A stretch of DNA of 64,000 nt from Mobula hypostoma (lineage: Eukaryota): the NCBI RefSeq assembly GCF_963921235.1, contig NC_086108.1:50470001-50534000 (forward strand), given 5' to 3'. Numbering within the stretch: the stretch's first letter is position 1; every line of letters begins with the position of its first letter. The position numbers and the translations under genes are program-made. Below are positions 38,358 through 51,822 of this stretch, piece by piece. A model generated the notes under the pieces. It had not been told where the DNA came from, did not search any database, and saw nothing but the letters and a program-made list of their open reading frames with translations.

Positions 38358-39560
38358 TATGTACAAGTCATATACCACCTCGAAATTCATTTTCTTGCAG
38401 GCATGTACAGGAAAATAAAGAAGTACACTGTAATTTACATAAAATAATACATAAAGATGGACAAACAACTAACGTGCAGAAGGCAAATTGTGTAAATAAA
38501 TAATTCAGAGAATATGAATGGTAACGTCATTGAACGTAAATCTGTAGGTTATAGAATCAGTTCAGAGTTGAGTGAGTGAAGTTATCCATGCCAGTTTAAA
38601 AGCCTGACAGTAGTAGGGTAATAACTGTTCCTGAAGCTGGTGGTGAGGGGCCCAAGGCTTCTGTACCTCCTTCCCAATGGTTGTTGTGAGAAGAGAGCAT
38701 GACATGGGTGGTGGGGGTCCTGTGGCAGCACTCCTTGTAAATGCGCAAAATGATGGGGAGGGCTTTGTCTGTGATGGACTGGGCTGAATCTATCAAGGGA
38801 AAAGTCCACCCCACCATTGTGCACATATTCACCTAAATCATTTATCAGATTTCTGAATGGACAATGAACCCAAGTACACGAACTCACTGTATTTTCTTCT
38901 TTATATTTGCTCTATTTTTGCACTACTTGCTCAATGTAAATACATTTCTTTTCGTAATTTAGTTCTTTTTTTTTTGTTATGTATTGCAATGTACTCTGCC
39001 AAAAAGCAACATATTTCACAGCATATGCCAGTGACACTAAACCTGATTCTGATTCTACTGAGGTCCCAGAACCAATCCTTGGAGAACATCACTGGTCATG
39101 GACCTCCAGCTAGAACAACAGCCCTCCAGCCCTACTCTGTCTTCAGTGAGAAGCCAGCTCTGAATCCAAGCCCCCTGGATCCCATCAATGTTTATCTTCT
39201 GAATCAACCTACCACAGGAGATCTTTTCAAATGCCTTACTAATAGATTCATAGATTCCACTGCCTTACCCTCATCAAGCTCTTTTGTCATATCCTCAAAA
39301 ATCGCAATCAAGTTTGTAAAACATGATCTTCCCCGCACAAATCCATGCTGATCGTTACTAAGCGAGCATGCCTTTCTAAATGCACAACCATCCTATCCAA
39401 TAGCTATCATTCAACTAAAGTGGGCCTCCCTGGTGTATAATTATCTGGATTATTCCTATTTTGTCTCTTGAACAAAGACCCAAAATTTGCTACTCTCCAG
39501 TCCCCTGAGACCTCTCCTGTTGTTAGTGAGGACACAAAAGTATTTGTCAAAGCCCCAGAA

Positions 39561-40012
39561 ATAGAAACATAGAAACATAGAAAATAGGTGCAGGAGTAGG
39601 CCATTCGGCCCTTCGAGCCTGCACCGCCATTTATTATGATCATGGCTGATCATCCAACTCAGAACCCAGCCTTCCCTCCATACCCCCTGACCCCTGTAGC
39701 CACAAGGGCCATATCTAACTTCCTTTTAAACATAGCTAATGAACTGGCCTCAACAGTTTGCTGTGGCAGAGAATTCCACAGATTCACCACTCTCTGTGTG
39801 AAGAAGTTTTTCCTAACCTCGGTCCTAAAAGGCTTCCCCTCTATCCTCAAACTGTGACCCCTCGTTCTAGACCTCCCCAACATCGGGAACAATCTTCCCG
39901 CATCTAGCCTGTCCAATCCCTTTAGGATCTTATACGTTTCAATCAGATCCCCCCTCAATCTTCTAAATTCCAACGAGTACAAGCCCAGTTCATCCAGTCT
40001 TTCTTCATATGA
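39561..40012 (-). mobile_element. Young CR1 3' end
   Basis: YSLEFRRLRGDLIETYKILKGLDRL; (TATGTTTC)n tail; flanked by GAAATAG. Confidence 0.92.
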
Positions 40013-40949
40013 AATAGCTTATCTTGTTTCTTTTGATATTCTGGGACATTAGCCCTTGGGGATTTATCCACTTTAATGCTATTCAGAAAATCTAGGAATT
40101 CCTCCTTAATCTCAAAATGTCCCAGCACATTAACATATCCCATTCTGTTTCACTATCTTCCAAATCCTCTCCTTAGTAAATACCAACACAAAGTGCTCAC
40201 TTTGTATCTCACCTACTTGATATGACTCAAAGCACATATCTGAGTGGAGCTACCCTCTCCTCAGTCATCCTTTCATTTTTAATATGTATAAAATGTTTTA
40301 ATCCTGTTCACCAAGGGCATTTCATGGCCCCTTTTGGCCTTCCTAATTGCTTGCTTGAGTACATTCCTGATGTCTTTATATTCCTGAAGAGTCCAGTCTG
40401 ATTTTGGCTTCCTAAATCTTACATATGCTTTCTTTTCCTTCATGACTAAATTTAGCATCCCTAGGGTCATACAAAGTTCACTTACCTTATCATCCCTGTC
40501 CTTACTCCTTATATGCTAATCCTGAACTCTATTTATCTGGTCTTTAAGCAATTCCCACATGTCAGATGTCAACTTGTTTGACAGCAGTTGTCACTTAGCT
40601 CCTGTCTTATAATGTTCATAATTTTCCCACAAGTTTGTACCTTTCTACAATACCCAATTTTATCCTTTCTCATAATGATCTTAAATCTTACTCCAAAACG
40701 TTCACCCACTATCAGGTCTGTCACCTGGCCTTGCTCATTTTCTATGACCAGTGTTCAACATGGTTTCTTCTCTAGTTGGGTTTTCCGACTACCGTTACTT
40801 AGATGCATTGAAGAAATCCTGCTCAATCTGAGCCTCTCACAGTAAGGAACTTCCAATCAACACCGGGCAAGTTAAAGTCCCCCACAATGAAAACCCTGTT
40901 GTTTACATATCTATTCTTCCACTTCTCAGTGGCTTTTGAGGGTCTATAG

Positions 40950-41034
40950 CAGGGGTTCCCAACCTGGGGCCGACAGACCCCTCAGTTAATGCTGGGGTCC
41001 AAGGCATTTTAAAAAAAAAGGTTGGGACCCCCTG
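40950..41034. mobile_element. 85-bp hAT (Charlie-like) MITE
   Basis: TIRs CAGGGGTTCCCAACC and GGTTGGGACCCCCTG; GTCTATAG target. Confidence 0.8.
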
Positions 41035-42984
41035 GTTCAATAGTATCAGCATTAATGTACTTTTCTTATTTAGGAGCCACTGAAATGGCCTCTATGGATG
41101 AGCCCTCCAGTGTGGCCTTTGTGTGCTCATCTGGAATTCTCCCTCAACATCTTTTAAACCCCTCTTTAACATGCTGAACTGCCATTCCAGTCCCTCATGC
41201 AAGCAGGCCTCTGTAATGGCAATAACACTGTAATTCTATGTACTGATCAAGGTGATCATAGCCCTCAAAGTGAAGCCACTTGCATCATATTGTTAAGTAG
41301 CAAGAACCAGTACTATCAACAACAAAATTCAAAGCTCAAAGTACATTTTTAATCAATACATACATGTCACCCTATACGACCCTGAGATTAATTTTCTTGT
41401 GGGCATACTCAATAAATCTGTAGAATAATAACCATAACAGAATCAATGAAAGAGTGCAGAAACTTGGCCGTACAACCAGTGTTCAAAAGACACCAAACTG
41501 AGCAAATAAATAAAGAAAGGATGATATGGAGAACATGACATGAAGAGTCCTTGAAAGTGAGTCTATTGGCTGTGGGAATATTTCAACGATGGGGCATGTG
41601 AAGTTGAGTGAAGTTATCCCCTTTGGTTCAAGAGCCTGATGGTTGAGGGGTAGTAACTGTTCCTGAACCTGGTGGTGTACCAATGCAGGACGAATGGTAT
41701 ATTTTCATTCAGGAAGCTGTGTAACTTGGAAAGAGACTCACAGGTGGTGAAACACACAAAAGCCTGCTACCCTTTTCCATCCGAGTGTTAGAATTAGGTA
41801 CTTTAGGTGATCTCTCAAAGAAGCCTTAGCAATGAGCAGAGATGTGTTTTGTAGGTGCCATGATGTGCTAATGTTAATGAGAATCAACGCTTAAGGTTAG
41901 GACGTTGTTTAATGATCAAGCAGGCTGCTGGTGGTAACAAGGTTAACATTAATGGAGTTGCACACATCCAACTATTTGGAGAATATTGAAGTCACATCCC
42001 TAATTAACAGCAGAACAACTTTCGGGAAGTCAGGAGAGGAAACCAATTTGCACTTCTACCCTTCTCCTCTAGTCATAGTTGCATGGCTGGTCTATATAAT
42101 TTTAATCACAGAATAGTTAGAATGTATAAGGAAGCCACAGTCCACCATGTCTATAATTGCAAAACGTTAGCAATCTAGCTAATCTCCACTTCTTTACCCT
42201 CTCCCAGGAGCCACATAATTTCTTTATTTTCAAGGAGTTATCCAACGTTCTTTTGAATATTACAATTGAATCTGCCTCCACAAGATGTGCATTCCAGACT
42301 CTAATCACTCATTCTACTATTAGTCTTTTTCCCATTGCCTTTGTTCTATATCCACTAGTTCTTGACCACTCTGCCATAGGAATGACTAAGCCCCTCATTA
42401 TTTTAAATAACTATTGGATCCATTCACAACCTTCTTGGTTCCAAGGTTCTCCAGTATATCTACATTAATCAATCATGTACAAGTCATTTATCCCTAGTTT
42501 CATTTTGGTATACCTCTTCTGTGCCCATTCTAAAACCTTTGCATTTTTCTCCAATGTGGGGTGCCCAGAGCTGGATACTATACTCCAGATGTGCCCAAAC
42601 CACCTCTTACAAAGCTCATTATGATGTTATTGCACTTAAACTCAATTGCTAAAATTGATAGTTGTGTTGTGATTTCTTTACCACTTCCCCAACCTGCCTT
42701 GCCACCTATTGCAAGCTATGCACATGTTCCCCATATCTCTAGTTGGGAAGCCAGGAGGAGAAACAATTACCATCTCAGGCTTGCTCCTGTGGTCATGTTT
42801 GTAAACACGAAATAGCTAGAATGTGGAAAAGGGACACTCAGTCATTCAAGTAGACACTAGCTCAACATAAACGATCCAACTCATCCCCAATCTCACAGCT
42901 TTCCTAATGACCTTGCAAATCCATGTTTTTAGCATCATATCATCCAATTTTTATTTCTTCATTATACTCTTCCCATCAAAATGA

Positions 42985-45900
42985 GTGAGTGAGTGGGCCA
43001 GTGAAGGAGTGGAGCTTTGAGGCTTTGACTCGAGAGGCTTCGACGAGAACAGGCAGAGGACCAGCTTGCTCGCAGTTAAGTCTTTACAATGCCTCCTGAG
43101 ACGGTGATGTGCCTCTCATGTGAGATGTGGCAGTCTTGGGGGAACGCCTCTCTCCCGCAGAGTCACATCTGCCAGAACTGCCTACAGCTGGGAGATCTGG
43201 AAGACCGTGTAAGGAATCTGGAGCAGCAGCTGGATGACCTTCAACTCATAAGGGAGAATGAGGCAGTCACAGATGAGAGCTACAGGGAGGTAGTCACACC
43301 TAGGCTGTCGGAAGCAGGTTGTTGGGTGACAGTCAGAGGGGGGAAAGTGAAGGTGAGCAGACAGGTAGTGCAGAGCACCCCTGTAGCCATTCCCCTGAAT
43401 AATAAGTTTACCGTCCTGGATACTGCTGGCGGGGCGACCGACCAGGTGTGAGCCACGGTGGCAGGGCCTCCGGCACTGAGTCAAACCCGGTGGTGCAGAA
43501 AGGTGGGATGGAGAAGAGGAGAGCTGTCATCATTGGAGACTCTATAGTCAGGGGAGCAGACAGGAGATTTTGTGGACGTGAGAAGGACACCCGCATGGTT
43601 TGTTGCCTCCCGGGTGCCAGGGTCCGGGATGTCTCTGACCGGGTGCACGACATCCTGGTACGAGAGGGAAAGCAACCAGAAGTCGTGATACATGTTGGGA
43701 CCAACGACCTAGGCAGGAAGAGGGATGAGGTCCTGAAGTGTGAGTTTCGGGAACTAGGCAGAAGGCTGAAGAACAGGACCTCAAAGGTGGCGTTCTCAGG
43801 ATTGCTGGCAGTGCTATGTGACAGTGATGGTAAGAATTGGAGGAGATGGCAGTTGAATGCGTGGCTGAGGAGTTGGTACAGGGAGCAGAGTTTTAGATTT
43901 CTGGATCATTGGGATCTCTTCTGGGAAAGGTGGGACCTGTACAAATTGGATGGGTTGCACCTGAACTCGAGGGGGAGCAATATCCTTGCAGGTAGGTTTG
44001 CTAGCATGGTTCGGGAGGGTTTAAACTAATTTGCAAGGGGGATGGGACCCAGAGCGATAGAGCAGTGAAAGAAGTGCATGGAGTAAAGCCAGATCTAACA
44101 TATAGAGAGGCTTTGAGGAAAGAGAAGCAGAATAAACGGTGTAAAGACAGTAAGGTAGAAGGGCTGAAATGGGTGTACCTAAATGCAAGAAGCATCAGGA
44201 ACAAAGGTGATGAACTGAGAGCTTGGATACATACATGGAATTATGATGTAGTGGCCATTACAGAGACTTGGCTGGCACCAGGGCAGGAATGGATTCTCAA
44301 TATTCCTGGATTTCAGTGCTTTAAAAGGGATAGAGAGGGCGGAAAAAGGGGAGGAGGGGTGGCATTACTGGTCAGGGATACTAGTACAGCTAGAGAAAGG
44401 GTGGGTAATGTAGCAAGATCCTCTTTCGAGTCAGTATGAGTGGAAATCAGGAACAGGAAGGGAGCAGTTACTCTATTGGGGGTATTCTATAGGCCCCCCA
44501 GTAGCAGCAGAGATACAGAGGAGCAGATTGGGAGGCAGATTTTGGAGAGGTGCAAAAATAACAGGGTTGTTATCATGGGTGACTTTAACTTCACTAATAT
44601 TGACTGGCACCTGATCAGTTCCAAGGGTTTATATGGGGCAGAGTTTGTTAAGTGTGTCCAGGACGGATTCCTGTCACAGTATGTGGGCAGGCTGACTAGG
44701 GGGAATGCCATACTAGATCTAGTACTGGGTAATGAACCAGGTCAGGTTACAGATCTCTCAGTGGGTGAGCATCTGGAGGGCAGTGACCACCGCTCCCTGG
44801 CCTTTAGCATTATCATGGAAAAGGATAGAATCAGAGAGGACAGGAAAATTTTTAATTGGGGAAGGGCAAATTATGAGGCTATAAGGCTTGAACTTGCAGG
44901 TGTGAATTGGGATGATGTTTTTGCAGGGAAATGTACTATGGACATGTGGTCGATGTTTAGAGATCTCTTGCAGAATGTTAGGTATAAATTTGTCCCGGTG
45001 AGGAAGATGAAGAATGGGAGGTTGAAGGAACCATGGTGACAAGTGAGGTGGAAAATCTAGTCAGGTGGAAGAAGGCAGCATACATGAGGTTTAGGAAGCA
45101 GGGATCAGATGGGTCTATTGAGGAATATAGGGAAGCAAGAAAGGAGCTTAAGAAGGGGTTGAAAAGAGCAAGAAGGGGGCATGAGAAGGCCTTGGCGAGT
45201 AAGGTAAAAGAAAACCCCAAGGCATTCTTCAATTATGTGAAGAAAAAAAGGATGACAGGAGTAAAGGTAGGACCGATTAGAGATAAAGGTGGGAAGATGT
45301 GCCTGAAGGCTGTGGAAGTGAGCAAGGTCCTCAATGAATACTTCTCTTCGGTATTCACCAATGAGAGGGAACTTGATGATGGCGAGGACAATATGAGTGA
45401 GGTTGATGTTCTGGAGCATGTTGATATTAAGGGAGAGGAGGTGTTGGAGTTGTTAAAATATATTAGGACGGATAATTCCCCGGGGCCTGACGGAATATTC
45501 CCCCGGCTGCTCCACGAGGTGAGGGAAGAGATTGCTGAGCCTCTGGCTAGGATCTTTATGTCCTCGTTGTCCGCGGGAATGGTACCGGAGGATTGGAGGG
45601 AGGCGAATGTTGTCCCCTTGTTCAAAAAAGATAGTAGGGATAGTCCGGGTATTTATAGACCAGTGAGCCTTACGTCTGTGGTGGGAAAGCTGTTGGAAAA
45701 GATTCTTAGAGATAGGATCCCTGGGCATTTAGAGAATCATGGTCTGATCAGGGACAGTCAGCATGGCTTTGTGAAGGGCAGATCGTGTCTAACAAGCCTG
45801 ATAGAGTTCTTTGAGGAGGTGACCAGGCATATAGATGAGGGTAGTGCAGTGGATGTGATCTATATGGATTTTAGTAAGGCATTTGACAAGGTTCCACACG

Positions 45901-47015
45901 GTAGGCTTATTCAGAAAGTCAGAAGGCATGGGATCCAGGGAAGTTTGGCCAGGTGGATTCAGAATTGGCTTGCCTGCAGAAGGCAGAGGGTCGTGGTGGA
46001 AGGAGTACATTCAGATTGGAGGATTGTGACTACTGTGTCCCACAAGGATCTGTTCTGGGACCTCTACTTTTCATGATTTTTATTAACGACCTGGATGTGG
46101 GGGTAGAAGGGTGGGTTGGCAAGTTTGCAGGCGACACAAAGGTTGGTGGTGTTGTAGATAGTGTAGAGGATTGACGAAGATTGCAGAGAGACATTGATAG
46201 GTGGCAGACATAGGCTGAGAAGTGGCAGATGGAGTTCAACCCAGAGAAGTGTGAGGTGGTACACTTTGGAAGGACAAACTCCAAGGCAGAGTACAAAGTA
46301 TATGGCAGGATACTTGGTAGTGTAGAGGAGCAGAGGGATCTGGGGGTACATGTCCACAGATCCCTGAAAGTTGCCTCACAGGTGGATAGGGTAGTTAAGA
46401 AAGCTTATGGGGTGTTAGCTTTCATAAGTCGAGGGATAGAGTTTAAGAGTCGCTATGTAATGATGCAGCTCTATAAAACTCTGGTTAGGCCACACTTGGA
46501 GTACTGTGTCCAGTTCTGGTCGCCTCAATATAGGAAGGATGTGGAAGCATTGTAAAGGGTACAGAGGAGATTTACCAGGATGCTGCCTGGTTTAGAGAGT
46601 ATGCATTATGATCAGGGATTAAGGGAGCTAGGGCTTTACTCTTTGGAGAGAAGGAGGATGAGAGGAGACATGATAGAGGTGTACAAGATAATAAGAGGAA
46701 TAGATAGAGTGGATAGCCAGCGCCCCTTCCCCAGGGCACCACTGATCAATACAAGAGGACATAGCTTTAAGGTAAGGGGTGGGAAGTTCAAGGGGGATAT
46801 TAGAGGAAGGTTTTTTACTCAGAGAGTGATTGGTGCGTGGAATGCACTGTCTGAGTCAGTGGTGGAGGCAGATACACTAGTGAAGTTTAAGAGACTACTA
46901 GACAGGTATATGGAGGAATTTAAGGTGGGGGGCGTTATATGGGAGGCAGGGTTTGAGGGTCAGCACAACATTGTGGGCCGAAGGGCCTGTACTGTGCTGT
47001 ACTATTCTACGTTCT
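42985..47015 (+). mobile_element. Near full-length CR1 LINE (ORF1 zinc finger + SGNH esterase; ORF2 APE + RT), inactivated
   Basis: ORF1 CLSCEMW...HICQNC, IIGDSIVRG, HVGTNDL, DGLHLN; ORF2 [39 protein letters not shown]; several stops and frameshifts; ttctacgttct tail. Confidence 0.96.
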
Positions 47016-48881
47016 AAAATGTGAAATTTCTCGACACTAAATTTTATTGGTACTGACCTTGTCAATAATCAATGGTGATGCTCAGGATAGCAACGATAGG
47101 GGGTTTGATCATGACATTTCAGAGGAAGATGATATTGTTGTGTAGAGCTTGTAGCTGTCCCATCTGCTCCGGATCCTGGCCGTTATTATCTCTCATTGTA
47201 ACATATGGGAATGGGGTCAGTGAGAGGAGGCTGCAGTGGTGAGAAGTCTGTTTTTACTAAATTTCTCATCTCCTTTTAGTCACCACCCATCTCGAAGCCA
47301 ATTCAGTGCATTTTTCACCGGACTGGAAATTCAGCTGTTCCATCAAATTTTATCTCTGGGCTTGGGCAATGCACACCAGCAAGCAGAATGAAGACCTATT
47401 AAATGAGAGGTCACCTCAGTTGGAATGTGTCAAGGGCTATTCTGAATATGGAATTTGTAGGAGTTGGAATTTAGCACTGCAGTTTGGGCACAGTGAAGTG
47501 CAGAAGTTCACTGAAACTGTGACTTCTCACCCACTGTAGCCACTTCCTCCTGACCCGAAACCTCATTTATTCCCATTTGCTGTAATATCAACCTCTGACA
47601 CAGTCACTGTAATTTTACTTTGATCTTTGCCTTGGGAGATGTTGACCACTTGGGAGTAGCAACAAAAGGTAGAGCAGCCATAAAGTTTTACAAAGCTCAA
47701 AGGATGGCAGCTAAGTGCATCGCAGAGACGTGAACAGCCTGACTCAACCTCAGCTGAAGCCAACATGACCAGAAGGAAAGGAAGAGGAATCTTTATGATT
47801 CAAGAAGGGCAGGGGTGCCAGAGAAAGAATTAGCCTATGTAATTACTATTTGTGTAAAACATATTAAGTTTATTATTTTTCACTGTACATGATTTGAAGG
47901 ACTAACATTTTTTTCTCTCTTCCACCACTCATCCTATCTGATCATCTCCATCCAAATTGTTAGAAGAGTCAGCAAAAAACACTACATTGAGATCATGTGA
48001 CCAAATGATGCACAGCACATTGTGGTACTTGATGCATGTACTTATCTCTTACCCACATTTATTCTTGTTATTTATGGACGATATGGAATTTGATATTAGA
48101 AGATTACTTGGAAAAATTATTCATTATGGTGATATTAGAAATTATAGTGGTAATATTGGTGATTCTATTTACGCCATTTTGCAGTGATATCAGATATCAT
48201 GATGATATCAGACATCTGGCAGATGAGAGAAATTATGGTGACTGAATCAGAGGCTGATATCTGGTTATAATGATGTTGTACATCATGATGGTGTCTGAAA
48301 CCAAGATGATTGCAAGAATTGTGCTGTGTTGAGTGGCAGTGCTTATATCTCTGACAGTAAAACCTGGTTACGGTAGTATTGCTGGACATATGGGCTGAAA
48401 AACAAATAAGCAAAATCCACCTGCATAATTCAATTGCTATTGCGAGTATGTGTTTTAGTCTGTATCTCTCAGGACCCACCTGCACTGTAAGTTAATCCAA
48501 AATGGGACAGTTTACTCAAACTCTCTTTTTATGTTAGTTACCATATCTGAATGCAGCAGACATTGCCACCAAGAAATATCCTGGGCCATTCAAGAGTTAA
48601 AGATTAAACTGCTGGCAACTAATAAGATGAAGTTAAAAGAAAAGAATCATTAAACTAGTTTGGAAGATTATTATTTTCACTTTCTTTAACACATTTTTGG
48701 TTTTTTTCTGTCCAAGTAATGGAGGTTGGAAAAAAGATTGTACGTTAATTGAATTGTTCAAAATTTGAGTCACATGATACATCTGCCTGGAGTTCATCAG
48801 CTCAGAGCTGGTTTGGGGAAAAAAAACATAAAACTCATTCAGAGGACCCAGGTAATAAAAAGCTAAGATATTTTCACAACA

Positions 48882-49380
48882 TATAGAAACATAGAAACAT
48901 AGAAAATAGGTGCAGGAGTAGGCCATTCGGCCCTTCGAGCCTGCACCGCCATTTATTATGATCATGGCTGATCAACTCAGAACCCCGCCCCAGCCTTCCC
49001 TCCATACCCCCTGACCCCTGTAGCCACAAGGGCCATATCTAACTCCCTCTTAAACATAGCCAATGAACTGGCCTCAACAGTTTGCTGTGGCAGAGAATTC
49101 CACAGATTCACTACTCTCTGTGTGAAGAAGTTTTTCCTAATCTCGGTCCTAAAAGGCTTCCCCTCTATCCTCAGACTGTGGCCCCTCGTTCTGGACTTCC
49201 CCAACATTGGGAACAATCTTCCTGCATCTAGCCTGTCCAATCCCTTTAGAATTTTATACGTTTCAATCAGATCCCCCCTCAATCTTCTAAATTCCAACGA
49301 GTACAAGCCCAGTTCATCCAGTCTTTCTTCATATGAAAGTCCTGCCATCCCAGGAATCAATCTGGTGAACCTTCTTTGTA
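48882..49380 (-). mobile_element. Young CR1 3' end, near identical to 39561-40012
   Basis: QRRFTRLIPGMAGLSYEERLDELGLYSLEFRR; same tail. Confidence 0.92.
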
Positions 49381-50024
49381 CATCAGGAATATAGCAATAA
49401 ACCATTAATAGATGTAGTCTCTATCAAGTAATTGCTATCCTTATTCCAGTAAAGAGCACTCAAATTTTTGCCTGTTACGCATATTGTTCTATGTTAGAAC
49501 ATCAAGATGGCTTTTTTGCAAACAATTACATTGTGTTCGCTTTGAAACATAACCACATTGAATAAAATACATATGCATACCACAATAAATCTATAATTTT
49601 AAAGACGGTCCATTATGCATTGCTACTAATAGATGTCATGATGGTGCACCCTTCAATACTGCCTGCAAATAAAACATAAGCCAGCTGATTATCCTACCAC
49701 TTTGCGAAATGCATCAGAGTGCTGCAATTTTCAAAGCATGATTTTATCTTTAAGCAAGACCTTTTATCAGTTTTTAGATCATTTTCTATTTTCGCAGTTT
49801 GAAATGCTGTGAATGTAGTGTATGAGGCTCTGCAGGCAAATGCCTCAAAAATGCTCTGCATCATTTGTAATATCGACCAAAACCACTTCTGCTTATCATG
49901 CCTCTCCAAGAACATGGTGAGTTAATTTTAAAGTGCTGTCTGTTATTTTAGCAAATGCCACAACTTTATTGCATAATAAACAAGATGAACAATTAACCTA
50001 TTTGGCCTTTTTACCATTGTGACT

Positions 50025-50165
50025 GAGGAAGGAATATTGGGCAGGACAAAATATCCTGATCTTTGTTATTTTTAATGTTTTTCCACCTGAATCACAGATT
50101 CCGAGCCAGACTGGACCTTAGATTAACACCTCATGTATTGCCCTAGAGTATCAGTCTGAATGTCC
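50025..50165 (-). mobile_element. DeuSINE/SacSINE1-like core fragment
   Basis: aatattgggcaggaca...ccacctga...ttaacacctcat...gagtatcagtct resembles the Deu domain in reverse; from memory. Confidence 0.45.
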
Positions 50166-50252
50166 TTTAATAAACAATCCTGCATATAACATGTGAAAGA
50201 ATGAAGGGCAAGTGGGAAAAGGAATAAACAAAGCTCTCTAAAATGTACTTAC

Positions 50253-50334
50253 GTAGATCACCAAAAGTTCCTTTGGTCACATTTTTAGCTCGTAGAATGC
50301 ACACGATTAATCTATGAGAAACCTGATGTTCTAC
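50253..50334 (-). CDS. PLA2G4A: cPLA2-alpha coding exon (equivalent to human exon 3), start of C2 domain
   Basis: 82 nt, ttttag/GTAGAA...CTAC/gtaagt; translates VEHQVSHRLIVCILRAKNVTKGTFGDL(L), matching human [28 protein letters not shown]; ends in phase 1. Confidence 0.96.
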
Positions 50335-51055
50335 CTAAAAATAAAACAGGAAAGAAAAAGTTTAAAATGTGCAAAGCCTCCCTAAGCAAAGTCAAAAATG
50401 TTTCAAGATTAGGAAAAATATTTGATGAATTGTATGTATATACTTTATGCCTGTTTTGACTATTACTCTACATGCTAAACATTCAGTTAGACCATGGAGG
50501 TACAATATCTACACTGGCTAAGAATGTAAGAGGCCTTTTCATGTTCAGTGGGTAGAATTTGAGAGACTGCAATGCATTCTAATCTCTCTTGATGTCTATG
50601 CTGCAATTCAAATAAGAATGTAAACAACTCAAGGTCAGCAAAGAAACATCATTCTCCCACAATCCATGCTGCAGGACCACAAACTAAAGTTAGAATTATG
50701 GTATGTTAATAGTACTTGTCCCACTCTGCTCTACATTTCAATAACCCACAGCAGAAGGTCTGACATTTATTAATGATATATTAGTAGCACTTCCCCAGGA
50801 ACCTCCTTGAAGGGAAGTATGTCCAAAATTGAAGCACTGGGTGGATGCATTTCTCAGCTTTTCCCTCCATTTTGAAATACAAAAAGGACATCTTTCCTGC
50901 ATCTCCACAATACTGAGTGACCGCAACCTCATATCAGCCGACCTACTTTCCAAAATCATCAATGGTATTTTTTTATACCTTAAACTTGGCCACTTGAAAG
51001 CACTCCTGGCCAGTGGCTCATTTTCAACCATTTACAAAGTTAAAGTGATCTGAAA

Positions 51056-51822
51056 CAGGGGTCCGCAACCTTTTTTGCACCGTGGACTGGTTTAATATTG
51101 ACAATATTCTAGTGGACCAGCCAACCAGGGGGGGTGTTCAAGTAGGGTTAAACTCACCTCAACATGTCATTTACAATTAGTGTTGCCAACTTTCTCACTC
51201 CCAAATAAGGGACAAAAGTAGCAGTCAAATACGGGACACTTGTGTTTACCCTAGGAAAGACTACTATGACCATGAAGCCTTGCGTGGGCACCTGTGTACG
51301 CATGCGCGTACGTGCCGATTTTTTTCCACAGATCGGTTTTGGCTTAATCTTCCCGACTATACTGTACATACATTATTTCTACTTTATATAGGCTGTGTAT
51401 TTATCATAACATTCCTGCTTTTACTGTATGTTAGTAGTATTATTTCAGGTTTTGTGTGTTATTTGGTATGATTTGGTAGGTTATTTTTTGGGTCTGGGAA
51501 TGCTCAAAAGTTTTTCCCATGTAAATTAATGGTAATTGTTTCTTCGCCTTACGCCATCTCGGCACGAAAGGTTTCATAGGAACGCTCTACCTTAGCGGGG
51601 GAAATATGGGACAAGGGTGGTCCCGTATGGGACAAACCAATTTAGCACAATATACGGGATGTCCAGGCAAATACGGGACAGTTGGCAACCCTATGTTCAA
51701 GTTCAACAGTGCGTGACAGGAAATGAGGAAAGGTGCAGCTGACTCATTTCGTTTCCTCGCGGCCTAGTAGCACATGTTTTGCAGCCTAGTACCGGTCTGC
51801 GGCCTGGTGGTTGGGGACCGCT
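51056..51822. mobile_element. hAT (Charlie-like) MITE containing a second hAT MITE
   Basis: TIRs CAGGGGTCCGCAACC and GGTTGGGGACCGCT; TSD ATCTGAAA/ATCTAAAA. Confidence 0.85.
51143..51693. mobile_element. Nested hAT (Blackjack-like TAGGGTT termini) MITE
   Basis: TAGGGTT...GTTGGCAACCCTA with perfect 8-bp TSD TGTTCAAG (51135-51142 and 51694-51701); repeated TACGGGAC subterminal motifs. Confidence 0.85.

Larger units (their letters stand above)
39050..41260 (-). mobile_element. Old decayed CR1 ORF2 hosting younger insertions
   Basis: Scattered EN/RT remnants (KQAIRKAKRGHE, IKVDKSP, NPDNYTP). Confidence 0.7.

Noticed and set aside
9517..46357. Many antisense ORFs overlapping CR1 copies
   Set aside because: Shadow frames of LINE ORF2, not independent genes
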